Assembly (NCBI GenBank): GCA_044892525.1
Contig: CM097885.1
Span: 38,690,001-38,754,000, forward strand
Length of the DNA stretch: 64,000 bases
Source: Schmidtea polychroa
Lineage: Eukaryota
Direction: 5' to 3'
In this document: positions 1-15,513 of the stretch, in pieces
Position numbering within the stretch: position 1 is the stretch's first letter
Layout: the number at the start of each line of letters is the position of its first letter
Made by a program: the position numbers and the translations under genes
Notes under the pieces: model-generated
What the model was told of the DNA's origin: nothing
Databases searched by the model: none
Seen by the model: only the letters and a program-made list of their open reading frames with translations

Positions 1-3000
1 CGAAAGAGTTTGAAGCACCACGGTTTCTATCGAATTTAGAAAATGAAATAACTGTCAATGAAGAAGATCCAATAAGACTTTCCAGTCAAGTTTCACCAGC
101 AGGAGATAATTCTCTTTCTGTTGAATGGTTAAAAGACGGAAGACCACTTTTAACAGGTAATAAAATTATAAACTCAATAGTTAACATTTAATCAACAAAG
201 GAACAAGATTTAGTACTGTTTTCGAAAGAGGATATGTGGTGCTCGATATCCTATACTCAATTGAAGAAGATAGTGGCGTCTATGTTTGCGTTGCTAAAAG
301 CAAATCTGGGCAAAATCAAAGCAACCCTGCCACTGTACGGTTGGTAAAATGAGTTATCTAAAGACAATTTATAATTTCATGTATTTCAGAGTAATACCCG
401 AAGCTAAAGTGGATAATAATGTAAATTTCATCGAGAATCAACACATTCAACAAGATGAAAATGAGCCTCAATATCCTGATAAACATGAATCATCGCAGTC
501 CCCATATTTTTCGAAAGATCTAGAGTCTAATATTACTGTTAATCAAGGAGGTGCGGCGCATTTGGAAACTATTGTTGATCCACGAAACGATGTAACGTTA
601 ACCGTTGATTGGCATAAAAACGGTCAATCAATGTCATTGGGTACCTTGTGACATACTTGTATTCTTGATAATTTAATTTATAGGAAGCCGGTTCAATGCG
701 GTATTTGATCGAGGATACTGTGCCCTCGATATTCTGTATACATATCCTGAAGATGATGGAGTTTACACGTGTGTTGCTAAAAATAATTGTGGAGAAACTG
801 AAAGTAGTCATTCACAAATAACGTAAGTTCATAAGGATGATATAAAAAGATTATATTTTAACGGGAAAATTATATACAAACTCATTAAAATTAAAAATTA
901 TTATTATATTTTCTAAAGTGCTTCTTGTGCCACTTTTCTAACTTTATGCATAGAAAAAGCTATCCATCTCATTCTTGTTTAAATATACATTATTGACGTG
1001 TGCATTGCCAAATGTGAATTCGCTTGACGCTACGTTAAATGCTTAAATTGCAGAAAAATATGCAGGAAAAAACATTGCTCGCCGCCTGCCAACTCACTGG
1101 TAATATGCAGTCAGAAGCACGTGAATAATAAAGCTCAATCTGATATTATAAAATGTTTTACATATTGTAAATTGAACTCATTTGGAGTAGACGAGTTGAA
1201 AATATCATTTACTAGTATTTATTTGTGTAAAATATATTATTATTATATTACTAAATATAAATGTTTTATTATTTATTCTTATGGGAAAAATTTTGAAATT
1301 ATATTTACTAAAAATTTGTTGAACATTTTCAAAAGTGATTTTTAAAGAAGTTTCTTTGCGACCCCTTAATAAAATTCTGTTTCCACTGCGAAAGTCTATT
1401 TTTGTTATGATTCAATGGATTAAACTTGTTTAAAATTGGTGAATAACTACAAATATTTTATCTCATTTTTCCTTTTTCAAATCGTTTCAGTCTGTAATTT
1501 AAGAGATTATGCGGTAATCTACAATGATAAATGATGAATTGTGCGCTAGCAGAGAGGAGGGGGTAAACCATTCTGTAAGTCGTCCAGATTAAGAGCTTGG
1601 GTTTATTGGGTAAAAATTGTATATAAATATTATAATGTAAACAAATGCTTCTACTAAATATCCATCTATCAGTGGAAATTTCGCATCAAAATTTATTCAG
1701 GTCAAGTAGCTAGAGACTCGGAGACCCATAACACAATAACGTATTAAAAGCCTTCCGGTTGCCTATTTTCTCCAATTCATTACTTAAATAGATTAACCTA
1801 AAACAATATTTTTTGATGGTGTGATACAAAGAAAATATTTATTTTTATTTAAAAGTTATGAAATTGTATGATGTAACTATCAGTAACAAAATCGACCCCC
1901 GAATGGCGCAGTTAATTGGCCCCTTGTTATTCAGAATCATGTTATACGAGACTTAGAATTTTGGAAGAAAATTAAATTTTCAAAAGATATATTCCAAATT
2001 ATTTATAAAAAATTATTTATTAAAGAAAAGCAGAAGGAATTTTTACAAATGAATTTCAAGTTGAACAACATCCAGTTTGTGTTCTCCTGCAATTCCCATA
2101 TTTCGTGAATGATGCTGATGCTTTCTCAGATTTTAATATAATTATATAAAAATATTTTTCTTGTAAAAGTAAAATTAATATAGAATTCCATTTTTATTTC
2201 AAATAGCATTTAATTAATTGCTATTTCACATTTGACGTACCCTGATGTCCATGTTTGGGCAACGGGGAATGGATCTAGCAATTTTGACAATATATATTTC
2301 AGGCATTAAACTTGTTTAGATTCCTTTACCACTTACATTCCTACAAAAAACTTTGAAAACAAGGACTCGCTTAAAATTTAAAATTAACTGCCTAGAGAGG
2401 AGTCTTAAAATAAATAAATTTAAAATTATTTAGCTAATTTAGAAAAGTAATTAAACTTGTTTTTCTCCAGAAAACCAAATTAATATACTTGAAAATCGTT
2501 TTCTTTAAGAACTATCTAATTATGTAAGAGGGTCTTGATACTATTAGAATTAGAAAAAAACTCGGTTTCGTAAGAAATTAATAATAATTTCGACTTCGAT
2601 TGACGCACCAATTGAAATGCCAATGGTGTGTGCATTGACTATAAATGAATTGTTATTGGTGATTATCAAAAGCATTGTAATTGGAAGTAAACTAAATAGT
2701 AATATTCAAAAATTACCATAAAGTTTTTTCAAATTTATTATTGGGAAAATTTTCAAAATTGCCCTTGGTAGTATTTGTAAAATAGAGAAAAAGCATTTTT
2801 ATTTCGAATCAGTTAATATATACGGGCTCTTTTGATTTTAGAGAATTCGGAATCCTCTTTTGCTTCATGAACATTTCTAATCAATTAGATAAGAAATTTG
2901 ACATGGCAAAATGTTCCTAAAAAATATTTCCAAAAAAAGTACTAAAAACGGTATTAAAATAAATTAGAAATATGTACACAAGAAATCAGAAAATTGTTTA

Positions 3001-6000
3001 AATGGAACCTATTTTATTGGTACCAGTTAAATGCATTATACATACGTATTGAATTATTATTTCTGTGAACATGTGCAACTGAAATTCCAGCTGCAATAAC
3101 TGTAACTGATGCACTACAAACTTAGTTATACCAAAACAAGTGTGCAAGATTTGAAGTAAATTTAAATTAAATTAAAAATTTTTATTTATTTACTTTTTTA
3201 TTTTCATGAGATCAATAAATTCAAATTATACACATTTTTTGGCACAGTAATTAATAAATGGTAATAATAACACGTGATAAAGGCTGTTGAGAAATTTTAT
3301 TTTAATTTATTAATTTATAGTTTTATGAAAAGTAAAAGAAAAGAAATTCAAAATAATTGATCAAAGATGAAGAATTTTTTTATTTAATTTTAATAATAAA
3401 ATAAACATAATTATTAAAAAAAATGTGACAAAATAAATTATAAGAAATAATTTTAGCAAATTTAAAATATTTAATAGAAATATTTATGAAAGTTGTTTTG
3501 TGAATTTATATTAATTCGGAAAATACTGAAAAATTAAAAACTAGTTTTTCTTAAAGAAACCTTATTTTCAAAAAAAATAAAATGATATTATGTATATTAT
3601 AATGAATGTCAGGAAAGAGGAGAGGGCGAATTTACCTCCATCCGAAATTTTTAAAAATTCGTTTTTTGAAGTTTTTACTGATAAAGCGATAAATGAAACA
3701 TTTTCTGAAGTTACATTTTATAGGGAGTAAATTACATCAATAGGGAGTCATCAGCCGCCGGGAGGAATTCTTTGTTTTAGTCTAATCTAAAAAGTAGCTT
3801 AGCAATCTGGTTGCAGCGCACATGGTTAACAAAGCCCCAAAAGTCATGAAGGGGAAAAAATATATCCTCATAAATAAATCCAGTGTTATTGCTAAATTAA
3901 TATGAATAATGCATTACCCTAATAACAAGATGGTAATTTAAAGGATTCAAAAGCTATCGAAACTTCACTTGGCTTTTCTTTCGATTACCTTTGAAAAATT
4001 TCATTTAGTGGTCGACACTAAAAGTTCCACTTTAGACAATGGCTAGATTCCTGTAAATAATAAGGTGACCAAATGGCACCTGCATTTTCCGAAAGAGTTA
4101 ATACTAAACAATAGTCAAAATTATTAATTTTTGATGTTCTCTTTAAAAAGTGAATTACAAAATTATAAATATTACAGTTGTATTCCGGATGAAAAAATAG
4201 TTTCAAAGTCAAATTTGAACGAATCTTCGATTTCTCAACTGAAAAAATTTGAAAGTAACATTCAAGAAGAAATTAAGTAATTACAATATTTCACAGTAAA
4301 TCAAATTAAATTAATTAAATTTTCAAGCGATGCTTTCAGAAATACGGAAGATCAAGAAGAAGATCTAGCGCCTTCTTTCGACAAAGGTCTTCAAGATGTA
4401 ATGATAGATGAAGGAAATGCAGCGAAGTTCATAATTAATATTCATAGCCACCCAAGAGCTTCCATCGTTTGGTCAATTAACAATGAAGAAGTTGTACCGG
4501 TAAATACTAGGATTTTTTATAATACACCATTTTAAACGAATTTCAACCAATCACAATGAGGATAAATACAAAAACTAATTTTTGTTGCATGTTACCGTTA
4601 GGGAATTTTAAAATAGAATTATTTGTAATTAGTCCGTTTAACCTGCTCAGTTTATAATAATATATTTAATGTTTTGTATACATCGGTTTGATGTTTTAGT
4701 TTTTTTCTTTTAATCCTTTACTGATGTTTTACTATATGGATTCAGACTTCTCTAAAAGTCATTACTCTATTTTAAACTTGAATTTCATTGATAATAAGAG
4801 AACCTTTAAAGAAAGTATAAAGTAAAAAATTGAAACAGTGACTGGAAATTTTGGTAACAGGACAATATCCCCCCTGGACAATATCCCCATGTCACACAAC
4901 TTTCGTCTCCCCCGTAACACTCCTCACACCAATGGAACCTGCGATCTATGTTCTATTGCTCGGATCTGGTGACACGACTGTGCAATGTTAAGTCTGAAGC
5001 AATGGTTCTGGCTTAGTTAGTACTAATGGTCTTCATGTATTTAACCACAGTCAAAACAGGGGGATATTGTCCTAGACACGAAATTTTTCCAGTTGGTGGA
5101 GGACACTTTGTTGACAATGTCTTGCAGCCCATTCACTAAACATATCAAATTCTTCAATAGCTTAAGGGTTGTTTATGGGATGGATATATTGACTTTAGCA
5201 AATTTTTTAAATGTATAAAAATAACTTAAAGCTGATATTTGATCCAAAGTGTTCTAATTTTCCGTATATAGTTTTCCTTCCATTTAATAGATTTTATTGT
5301 CTCTCCATACAAATCAACCATTATTATCAATCCATGATGGATATTGTTCATTTTTAAAAGTATCTAGAATTTTTAGCTTCTAGAAAAAATATATCTTATT
5401 ATAACTTTTGATATTATCTTCAAACATTTTTATATGAATATAAATTAAAAAAGCTTGACTATGAATCAGTAAATATATCGATGTTTTGATATTCACAAAT
5501 TTTCGGAACTGCCTTTTTCAAGTGAATTTACTCAAATTTCGATCAAATTCACTTGAAAAAGGCAGTGCCGAAAATTCATGAATATAAAAAACATCGATAT
5601 ATTTACTGATTCATAGTCAAGCTTTTTAATAAATACAATGGAAAATAAATCAGTGGTGAAATTTGAAAAAAGTTCTTAAAATAATATAAAGCTTGTAATG
5701 TTTATATAAATATAGATATAAATATAGATATAAATATAGATATAAATATAGATATAAATATAGATATAAATATAGATATAAATATAGATATAAATATAGA
5801 TATAAATATAGATATAAATATAGATATAAATATAGATATAAATATAGATATAAATATAGATATAAATATAGATATAAATATAGATATAAATATAGATATA
5901 AATATAAATATAAATAAATTCTTCAGAATAATTACAAATTAAATTTATCAATTCTTATCAAAAAAATTAAAAATTTCTTATTTTTATCCTGAAAAAAATC

Positions 6001-6753
6001 AAAAATATTAGGATTATTTTAATCTGTTAATAAACTAATATTTGTTATGCTTAGGATTCAGTAAACAAATTTTATGGAGACGGAACAATTAACTATTTGG
6101 AACTGACTCGATGCACTGAGGTTGGCCAGCACAACATTCGTGTGGTCGCCACCAATCCGTTGGGTCAGATGGCGTCGGACTGTGTTTTAACAGTAAATTC
6201 AATCAACAATTATGCACAGGATCTAAAACACATTGCCCCTGGTACTTATATTTATCCCTAATATATAATATAATCAAATACCTTTATAAATAATATAGAA
6301 AATCCATACAAAAAAATGGCTTCATTGAAAAAAGTAGAAGTTACTCCGGAACTTACAACTGCATTACATAAACCAAAACCGACTGCAGAGAAAATTGTTA
6401 AAATAGAAAGAAGTAAATTTATTATTTTAATTACTATTATTATTATTATTATTATTATTTGTATTATCCTAAGATGCCGAGGTCAAAGCTCGTCACACGA
6501 AGACACCGGATGTTTTGGAAGCGGAGCAATTGTATGACAAAGTTGCGGCAAACTTAAAAAGTAAAGGGAATATTTCAACAGGAAAGAGACCAGTAATTCT
6601 ATTGTTAAAATGAAATAGTACAACTTATAAAATGTTTAGACGATTCCACACGCTGCACCAAAAATGCCTCCGCCTCCGGTTGCTGTGAAATCGAGTGTGG
6701 AATATGATAGCAATGACCCTAGTGATGATATGCCACCACCGCCGTCAGCCTAA
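1..6753 (+). CDS. 3' end of a kettin/titin (sallimus-like) Ig-repeat muscle protein gene; 5' part lies outside the window
   Basis: Phase-consistent GT-AG exons 1-156, 201-339, 390-640, 684-822, ~4328-4499, 6055-6241, 6299-6412, 6474-6592, 6640-6753 (TAA). They encode I-set Ig repeats such as [44 protein letters not shown] and [34 protein letters not shown], typical of kettin-type Ig domains. Proline-rich tail MPPPPSA*; AATAAA near 6899. Confidence 0.85.
4858..5078. mobile_element. Short MITE-like element
   Basis: AGGACAATATCCCCC at ~4859 (tandemly repeated) and its inverse GGGGGATATTGTCCT at ~5059-5073; no ORF. Confidence 0.45.
5446..5629. repeat. Foldback (hairpin) repeat; single arms recur at ~15303-15400 and ~45768-45920
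   Basis: AAGCTTGACTATGAATCAGTAAATATATCGATG...CTGCCTTTTTCAAGTGAATTT is mirrored by AAATTCACTTGAAAAAGGCAG...CATCGATATATTTACTGATTCATAGTCAAGCTT, with a loop of about 15 nt. Confidence 0.8.
5704..5915. repeat. 12-bp tandem repeat (ATATAAATATAG)n
   Basis: Visible perfect array; explains the YI-repeat ORF. Confidence 0.95.
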
Positions 6754-7754
6754 ATTAATTTCATGAATGCTACTTTCAAACTTTTTTAAGGACGCTTTTC
6801 CTATTCAATTTGATTTTGAATGTGAAATTTATCAAACATTTTATATTTGAAAAGTTATGTTTAATCCCTTTGCTTGATAATAAGGTTTAATAAGCTATAA
6901 TAAATCTCTAGCTCTTATTCACATGTATTGTCTTGCCTAAATATAATATTAAACTCAATTTAGAATTTGAGTTTGGTATATTTTGCAAAAATTTTGGATA
7001 ATCTTATTTTTCTCAGATTTTTTGGTTATGTAATAATAATGAATTTGCATTACAAAATTTATTGGTAAAGTTTTCTCCTGAGACTGATTCTTGTAGTCTG
7101 GCCCAGTGCAGGACTGGTCCAATCGGGATACCGAGAATATCCCAGTTGGCCGTAAATTACTAATGTCATTTTTTGAATTTTTTTTTCTTAAATTTAATAT
7201 TGTGGGCCTACGTCACCGATATTTCCCAGGCCTAAATGTGTTTCCAGTCCAGCCCTGATTTGACCTGAACTGCCACTTCGATTTCTGGAACTTGTTCAAT
7301 TTGATTATTTTCAGCGGCAACTCCTAATAATTGTTTAAACATGTTGGAATAATTTTTAAAAAGGAAGAAAGTGAAAATTCAGCTTATATAAACAAATAGT
7401 TATTAAAATTTTTATACTTTCTTCATTTAATTTTTTATTTAATTTAAATAATATTTATTTAAATTGTAAATATTTATAAATTTTATTTATATTAATAAGT
7501 TTTATAAAATAACGATAAAAGTGTAGAAAAATGTATAAAAATAACTATTTCAATATTGATGTTGAACTCATTCATTTGTTTATATTGTTGTTGTTGGAGC
7601 ATGGGAATGTATTATCAAGGAAAAATTGGTTTGTTTAAACTCGATTTTGAAATTAGTAAACAATATTTTACAAAATTATTTAATATTTTTTCTTCATTTT
7701 CATATACAAATTTAAAAATATATACCAGTCATTCCCCAAGTGGTCCATATCGAT

Positions 7755-8144
7755 TAGGGTGACTCACTGTCCGGTTTCACCCAAAGATCTCCGTTTTTTG
7801 CAACATATTTCAGGTCTCCGGTTAGCTCAAGCCATTTCTCTGGTTATTTGTATTAGTTCGTAAAAAGTGACTTCAAATATTTTAAATCAGAAATATGAAA
7901 TTATGCATTCATTTAGGTACGTTGGGTATTTAAGGTCAATATTTTTTGTTTATTTTGCCTCTTGCAAGAAGTCAGGACTAAAAATCCAATAAATAATTTT
8001 TTTATTTTAATAAATTCTTTATCCAATTATAATCTTGATTGAAATGAGAAAAAAAATAGTGAAAATAAATTATCCGTTTTTTTACAAATTCTCCGGGTTT
8101 CTATGAAAGACTCTGGGTGATTGTAAAATTAAGGTAGTTACTCT
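7755..8144. mobile_element. Non-autonomous hAT-like MITE
   Basis: TAGGGTGACT left end and degenerate AGTTACTCTA right end, with subterminal TCTCCGG motifs. Confidence 0.4.
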
Positions 8145-9039
8145 AATATTGATCCCTAGGGTTCCTCAATAAATCTAGCAATCCCATAGTACAAATAATT
8201 TATATGTAGTTATATATATTTATATGTAGTTATATATTTAGGAGCTAAATCTAGCTTTATTGTGTAAAAAGTGATTTATTCGGAATTTGAAAATAAATAC
8301 ATTTTTCCCAATCCTTCATTTTTAATTTCAATTTTACAGATAATTATAAGTAATTAACGAATACCAGAGTCAATAAAATATATTTAATGGGAATTAAATT
8401 TATTTAAAACTTTTAAATTAATTAAAAATAATAGGCCATAGAAGGGACTGGACCAAGCATTTGACTTGCTTCATAAAAAACTTTTCCTTTGGTTTGCGAA
8501 TTCAAAAATGTGCAGAAATAAACCTAAAAATACAAAAAATACAGAGTTAAATGAAAAATATGACAATTATAAAATTGCGATTTTGTTTTAATCTATTTTC
8601 GATTTATTTTAATTTATTTATTTTTTAAAATATATATGGTTTTTAACGTTTGTTCTGGTTTTCCTATTTTGGCTTTTTCAAAATTTATTAGTTTTTGTAA
8701 TTTTTTTTAACTTTTTGAAATCATAAAATTAGGAATATTTATTTTTTTCGAAGCTTTTATAATTCCATATATCAGCCCTTCCATTGAGTCAAGATAATTA
8801 AAGTTAATATACGATAATTAAAGATAATTAAAATTAATTAAAATTGATTAAACTTAATTAATACTAATTAAAATAAACTTGAATAGTAAAGTGTGCGGTT
8901 AAAAGAATAAAATCAGATAATTACGATTTTTTGTAAGAATTAATTTATAATTTAAATTTCATAAAGATAAAATCAGATAATTGGAGATAAATATGGTCAA
9001 ATCTAAAAAAAATGTATACAGTACAGGGTTGATTATTTG

Positions 9040-10167
9040 AGGTTAGATTTCATTCCATCAGTTATAAATCAGGGAATATGTCAGCCAAATAAAACAGATA
9101 AAGATTTGAAATATTTTCAAACACTGAAAGAAATTGTTCTTAAGAGACCGAAATGGACAGTATGTTTGGTTTTATTGAAAAAAAGACAATAATGATTTGC
9201 GAGCGTCTTAGAATATACTCAATACAAAACCAGGAAAGCCACATAATATTGGGGAACAACTAATTTTTCCAGCAATTGAGAAGAACTTCTAGTAATACCC
9301 CCCTAAAAGAATTTCTTTGAGCAACAACACAGTTCAGAGACCTATCGACGAAATGAGTTATGATGTTAAAAGCTTCTTATTCAGTTATGAAAAAGACTAA
9401 GTTATTTATGCAGCTGTGGGACAAAAATGACGAGAACTTCTGTCGATTACTTCTCCTTACCGAAGTACTTTGGTTGTCAAAAGGCTTGTGCTGGACAAAT
9501 TTTTTTCACTTTTTGAGATAATTTTCAAGTTTGAGGTGGTAATGGATTCCATATTAAAAACGAACTAATAACAAATTTATTTGCAAAATTCAATGAGTTT
9601 AGCGTATAATTATAGAACGATAGTCTAAATTTAATAAAAACAAAGTTCATTATTGCAGCCTTTCATGCGAGAATAAAATTAATGAGGGAAAACATTGGAT
9701 TTCGAGAAATTTTTTCAATTTCCCAATTTGGTGTAAATAAAAATTAACGATGATGAAATTTTAGCCTACTTTGAACATCTATACGTCATTTACGCAGACT
9801 TTGAAACTATGTTTGACGATGTTTTGACTATGAAAATACCTCAGTGAATTATAAATCCATACGTTATCTATGAAAAAATAGATGTAATGTTACAAGAAGA
9901 GCTGAGAGGAATAAGTAAAAATGAAAAACTTAAGGTGAAGTTCAAAAAAAGGATACCAGAAATACCCGAAACGTATCATACATTATGGAATATAGCGAGA
10001 AATGTTTTGATAACTTTCAACTCTTCATACTAATGGGAAGGCGTTTCATTGAGGTTGCAAATTTTCTTACAAAAATAAAAAGGTTGAAAAATTAGTTGAA
10101 TTCGACTAAATTGAAGCTAAATATTAAAAATATGTCATCAAAGCATCATATTCATCCCTCTCATTAA
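9040..10167 (+). pseudogene. Decayed hAT (Charlie/Buster, ZBED5-like) transposase
   Basis: Fragments GKPHNIGEQLIFPAI (~9233), ISLSNNTVQRPIDEM (~9311), LLLLTEVLWLSKG (~9447) and terminal KHHIHPSH*; many stops and frameshifts. Confidence 0.75.
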
Positions 10168-10232
10168 AATAATTGATTTTTCAGTGTATTTATCGATTTT
10201 CATTTTATGTCGTTTTAATTGATGTATAAACA

Positions 10233-11304
<1,072 letters not shown>

Positions 11305-11684
11305 TGTATAAATATTTATTTCAGTTGACATTTTTATTCTACAGTAAAGACTATCAAAGTGAAAAACTCCGTATAGCTTTTCAGTGGTTTTTTGATACTT
11401 TAATAGATGTTTTATTTTAGGAAAGCATTGAGCCTACCAAAACAAAACCGTCAATGAGTCTAATTTTTCGCATGCGATCGCCATAGGTTAATTAATTGAC
11501 CAATCCCAGAAAAGACATAAAAATGCGATCATATTTTTTTTTATTTTTGTCAACCTATTATATTTATTCATTCATTCAAGGTATTCAGACAATTTGAAAC
11601 AAATGAGATATTATTTACAAACTCTCAAAGAAATAAAAGCATTTATTCTCTACTCTAATCTCAATAAAAAGAAAATCAGTTGGA

Positions 11685-12598
11685 TTAGTTTGCCACGTAG
11701 ATTGTTTGATATCTCTCGAGCATTTCAATATCTTTCTCTAATTCTTTCATTTCATGCTCCATCCATTCCTTTCTGTTTTTTTTCGGTATCGTATCAACCG
11801 TGACAGACAACGATTGGTATTGTCGATAGATATTTTCCCAATTTGTTTTTAATCCGTAAAGAATTTCCTTAAAAATATAAAAATAAAAATCGGAGTTTAA
11901 TTTGTTGTCATTGATTATTCACTTGAATCTCCTCCTCGGATAGCCGGTGCATTTTACCCCTCCGTTGCATTTCTTTGACATAGGCATCGTATTCTTGTTG
12001 CATTTTCTGCAATTCTTCTTTCCGTTGTTCCAGATATTCCGGTGTTTTGCCGTAGTCTTTTTTGGCAGTGTAAACTGTGTCAAGGCCAGACGTTTCCAAT
12101 TGGAATTTGTCACCATTGCGAGTGTCCACGATAAACTTTTGAGGCTTTTTACTAACGGACATAATGTTATCAACGGAGTTTTGGGCGATAAAATTTTTGG
12201 TCGTTTTTATTCCCATTGGAGGCGGAGTTTCATTGTGTTTCGGAACTGGCGGTTTTCGCTTTTCGTTGTGAAAGTCACATGGAACTTCTTCAATTATTAT
12301 TGTAATTGCTATTATCAATCATTTAAATAAAATTACTCTCTGCATTAGGTTTTTCGTCTTTCTTTTTCAAAAAATCTTTTGGATCAGCACCTCTGTATTC
12401 TGGTTCACCCATCGTTTTGTAAGGGAATTTCGATTTCTTGTATTCATCTTTAACAGTAGATTTAAATTGCGATGTATAGCTAATAAAACCAATAATAGTT
12501 CAAAATCACTAATCTTATTAATTATTATCATACGATATTCGTTCTTTTTCAGTTGGTGGAGGTTGTGGAATTAAATTTAAGATATTTTCTTTTTGCAT
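11685..12598 (-). CDS. enkur: Enkurin (ciliary/flagellar microtubule inner protein)
   Basis: Four exons: 12598-12534, 12479-12337, 12287-11923, 11867-11685. Product MQKENILNLIP...YKTMGEPEY...PKDFLKK...KPPVP...MGIKTTKNFIAQN...KKDYGKTPEYL...GLKTNWENIYRQYQSLSVTVDTIPKKNRKEWMEHEMKELEKDIEMLERYQTIYVAN* matches enkurin family motifs end to end. Confidence 0.92.
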
Positions 12599-12955
12599 TT
12601 TAAAATTGACAAAATATAAGGACTATGGCAACTATAAAGTAAAACAAATTGATAAATAATTAAATATATGTTATAAAACTTGAATTAGATTTCGAGAAAT
12701 AATTTAAATTTATATACAGAATAAAAATGACCAAGAATAAATATTCTATAAAAATTTAGTGAATTAAAGTTTATTAAATTAATATAATATTAAATTACAT
12801 ATTACTGGGATTGTCTTTTAAAAAATAAATTATTACATGTGAAATTTTTATTTCTTGAATATCGATATTAAACTTTTCTATCTACAGAATTAATTATTAA
12901 AAATTTTATTTAAATAGGTTTAATCTTAACCAATGTTGGGGTTAAGATTATTAGG

Positions 12956-15513
12956 TAGTCCTACCATCTGCTGCCTTTTGGCCTGGACTGTCCCAGATTT
13001 TTGAGATTTGTCCCGTGTCCTGCGTTTAAGACAATTTGTCCCGGATTTTGAAAATTATGCAAAAAATTTTTCACTATTTTTCGCAGATTATTTTTTATAA
13101 CAAAATGTTGAAAAAGTTTTATGGTATGAAAAAAATTTAAAATAAAAGTAACGTTTAATTTTAAAAATTTTTCACTCTCTGCCTTCAGTTTTTTCAGTCT
13201 TGTCAAATATAGTTGTGCAAAGAGTTTAATTTTCAATATTTTGCAAGAAAAATCAGAAAATTTATCGTAAAATTACTTAATAAGTCTGTTAAATGTGTAA
13301 GTTACTTTTTTTGAATTCATGCTGATAGAAAAATATAATTACTTAAATTATATTCTTCTATCAGCATGAATTCAAAAAAACGGAAAACCACATGGAGTAA
13401 TAAATACAAAGAAGAGTTTAGGTTCCTGGATAAGACTAAAGAAGATGATTCAAAAACATTCTATAACATCTGCTCATCTACATTCTCTATTACTTACGGA
13501 GGTCATGGTGATATTGTAAACCACCGCAAAACTAAACGCTATCAATCGTCTGTAAATGCAGCATATTCAAGCTCAAAAGTGACAAGCTAATTCAAAAAGC
13601 CCGAAATGCCATCTACTGAACTCAAAAATGCGGCAAAGGAAGTTGTTTTTGCGTTCCACACGGTCAAAAATATCTTTTCATTTCTCTTTACTGACTGCAC
13701 ATCGAATCTTATCAAACAACATTTTGAACCTAATTTCAGTCTGGCTCGAACCAAGACGACCGTAATTGTGAAGCATGTCCTGAGTCCTTTCGTTAATGAG
13801 GAACTGATTAAAGAGTTGAAAATTGCAAATTACTTTTCCTTAATAACTCCCACTTTTCGTTCGCATGTTTCATCCAACAAAAGGTGTGTCTCACAAGAAA
13901 ATCTCATTGAAATCAATTGAAAATGAAAAATCAGATACAATTGCGAATGAAATCATTGGAAAATTTCGAGAGAATGAGCTAGAAAAGAAATTGATATGTG
14001 TTGGTGCAGACTATACAAATCTGAATTTTGGCGGCGTTAACAGAGAAGGAAGCAATAATGTTTGGCATAAGCTTCAAAAAGAATTGAATTGTGATATTAT
14101 TGGCCTCGGATGCTCTGCTCATATTCTTCACAATGCAATTAGTGCGGGATGTCAAGTGTTGGACAATATGGAAAATTTGATTTATTCTATACACAAGCAT
14201 TTTAAAATCTACATAATGCTAACCGAATCATTTAAGAAGATTTGCGAAGATATGGATATAGTTTTTAAGCCATTTGAATCTCACTCAACAACGAGATTCC
14301 TTTCTCTTGCACTGGTAATTCAACGATTTATTGAAATGTTTGATCCATTAAAAGAATATTTCAAAGGACTCAAGACAAAATGTCATCAAAAACGTCTTCT
14401 CACTTGAATGAAATAAATTTTGGCTCCTTTTCTGAGTAACATAATACAAATGAAAAACGAAGCCATGCTTTTGTTTGAGAGATGGTAAATTGCTGCATTT
14501 GAAATTTCTTTTGAGTTGAGATTATTCAAGAAAAAAGTCAAACATCGTCTTCAATTGGCGTATCTCACTCGAGAAGCCCGTCTAGAATTGTCTCGCTTGC
14601 ATGTTGACACTCAAAGCGCTGTTTTGCAAAATGTTAAAGACTTTTATGAAGAGCTGATTGCATATCTCGACAAGTGGCAGGAACCGTTGGACGGTGCTCA
14701 AAATATTGAATGAATGAGTATGCACAAAACTCTGGAATGGCCGCAAATTGAAAAGTCTGTTGATTTTATCATCGAACGGCACGGTGAAAGTTCTGCAATT
14801 ATAAATCAAGATTTGCTTTTCGATGAGTATAATCAAATGCTAATTTTTACGAACGAAAAGAAATCCACATGGGCCGACGAAAAAGCAAGTGCTGCAAAAA
14901 TTTGGGCTGAACGTTTCTCTCATTTTCGCGAAATTCCAATGTGTCTAACTAATATGGAGAGATTAGTTGAATTTGCATTATGCATTCCAGGAACATCGAT
15001 GGAAGTTGAACGTTTATTTTCATTGATTAATCAAGCATGGACCGATAAGAAGGGAAGTTTCGATTTGAGAACTGTAAATGCGATCATCACTCTACAATAT
15101 AACTCAAAAATTAGTTGTAGTGAGTTTTACAAGAAAATTAAATCAAACTTTCATTTGCTTGAAAAGATTCACTCACAAGAAAAGTATCAAAATTAAAAAT
15201 TTATTATTACAAGAACTTTTTTTCTCAATTTCACCACTGATTATTTTTTCAATTAAATTTATTAAAAAGAATTAATTAATAATTAATAATTTAATTAATT
15301 AATAATTCACTTAAAAAAGGCAGTGCCGAAAATTCGTGAGTATCAAAAAACATCGATATATTACTGATTTATAGTCTTCAAGCTCTCTTTTTAATAAATT
15401 TAAGAATTTATTGTTAATAAATATATTTTTTCATAATTAAATTATTTTGTTTTTGTGTCCCGGTTTTTTTTGAAAATGTCCCTGATTTTTTCAAAAAGTT
15501 CATGGTAGGCCTA
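12956..15513 (+). mobile_element. hAT DNA transposon (Blackjack/Tip100-like), defective
   Basis: TIRs TAGTCCTACCAT (12956) / ATGGTAGGCCTA (15502-15513) with subterminal TGTCCC repeats at both ends enclose transposase fragments. No clear 8-bp TSD. Confidence 0.8.
13366..15196 (+). pseudogene. hAT transposase broken by stops and frameshifts
   Basis: Degenerate N-terminal zinc finger (ICSSTFSITYGGHGDIVNH), GCSAHILHN, TRFLSL and C-terminal dimerisation motif LCIPGTSMEVERLFS, spread over five ORF pieces. Confidence 0.85.
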
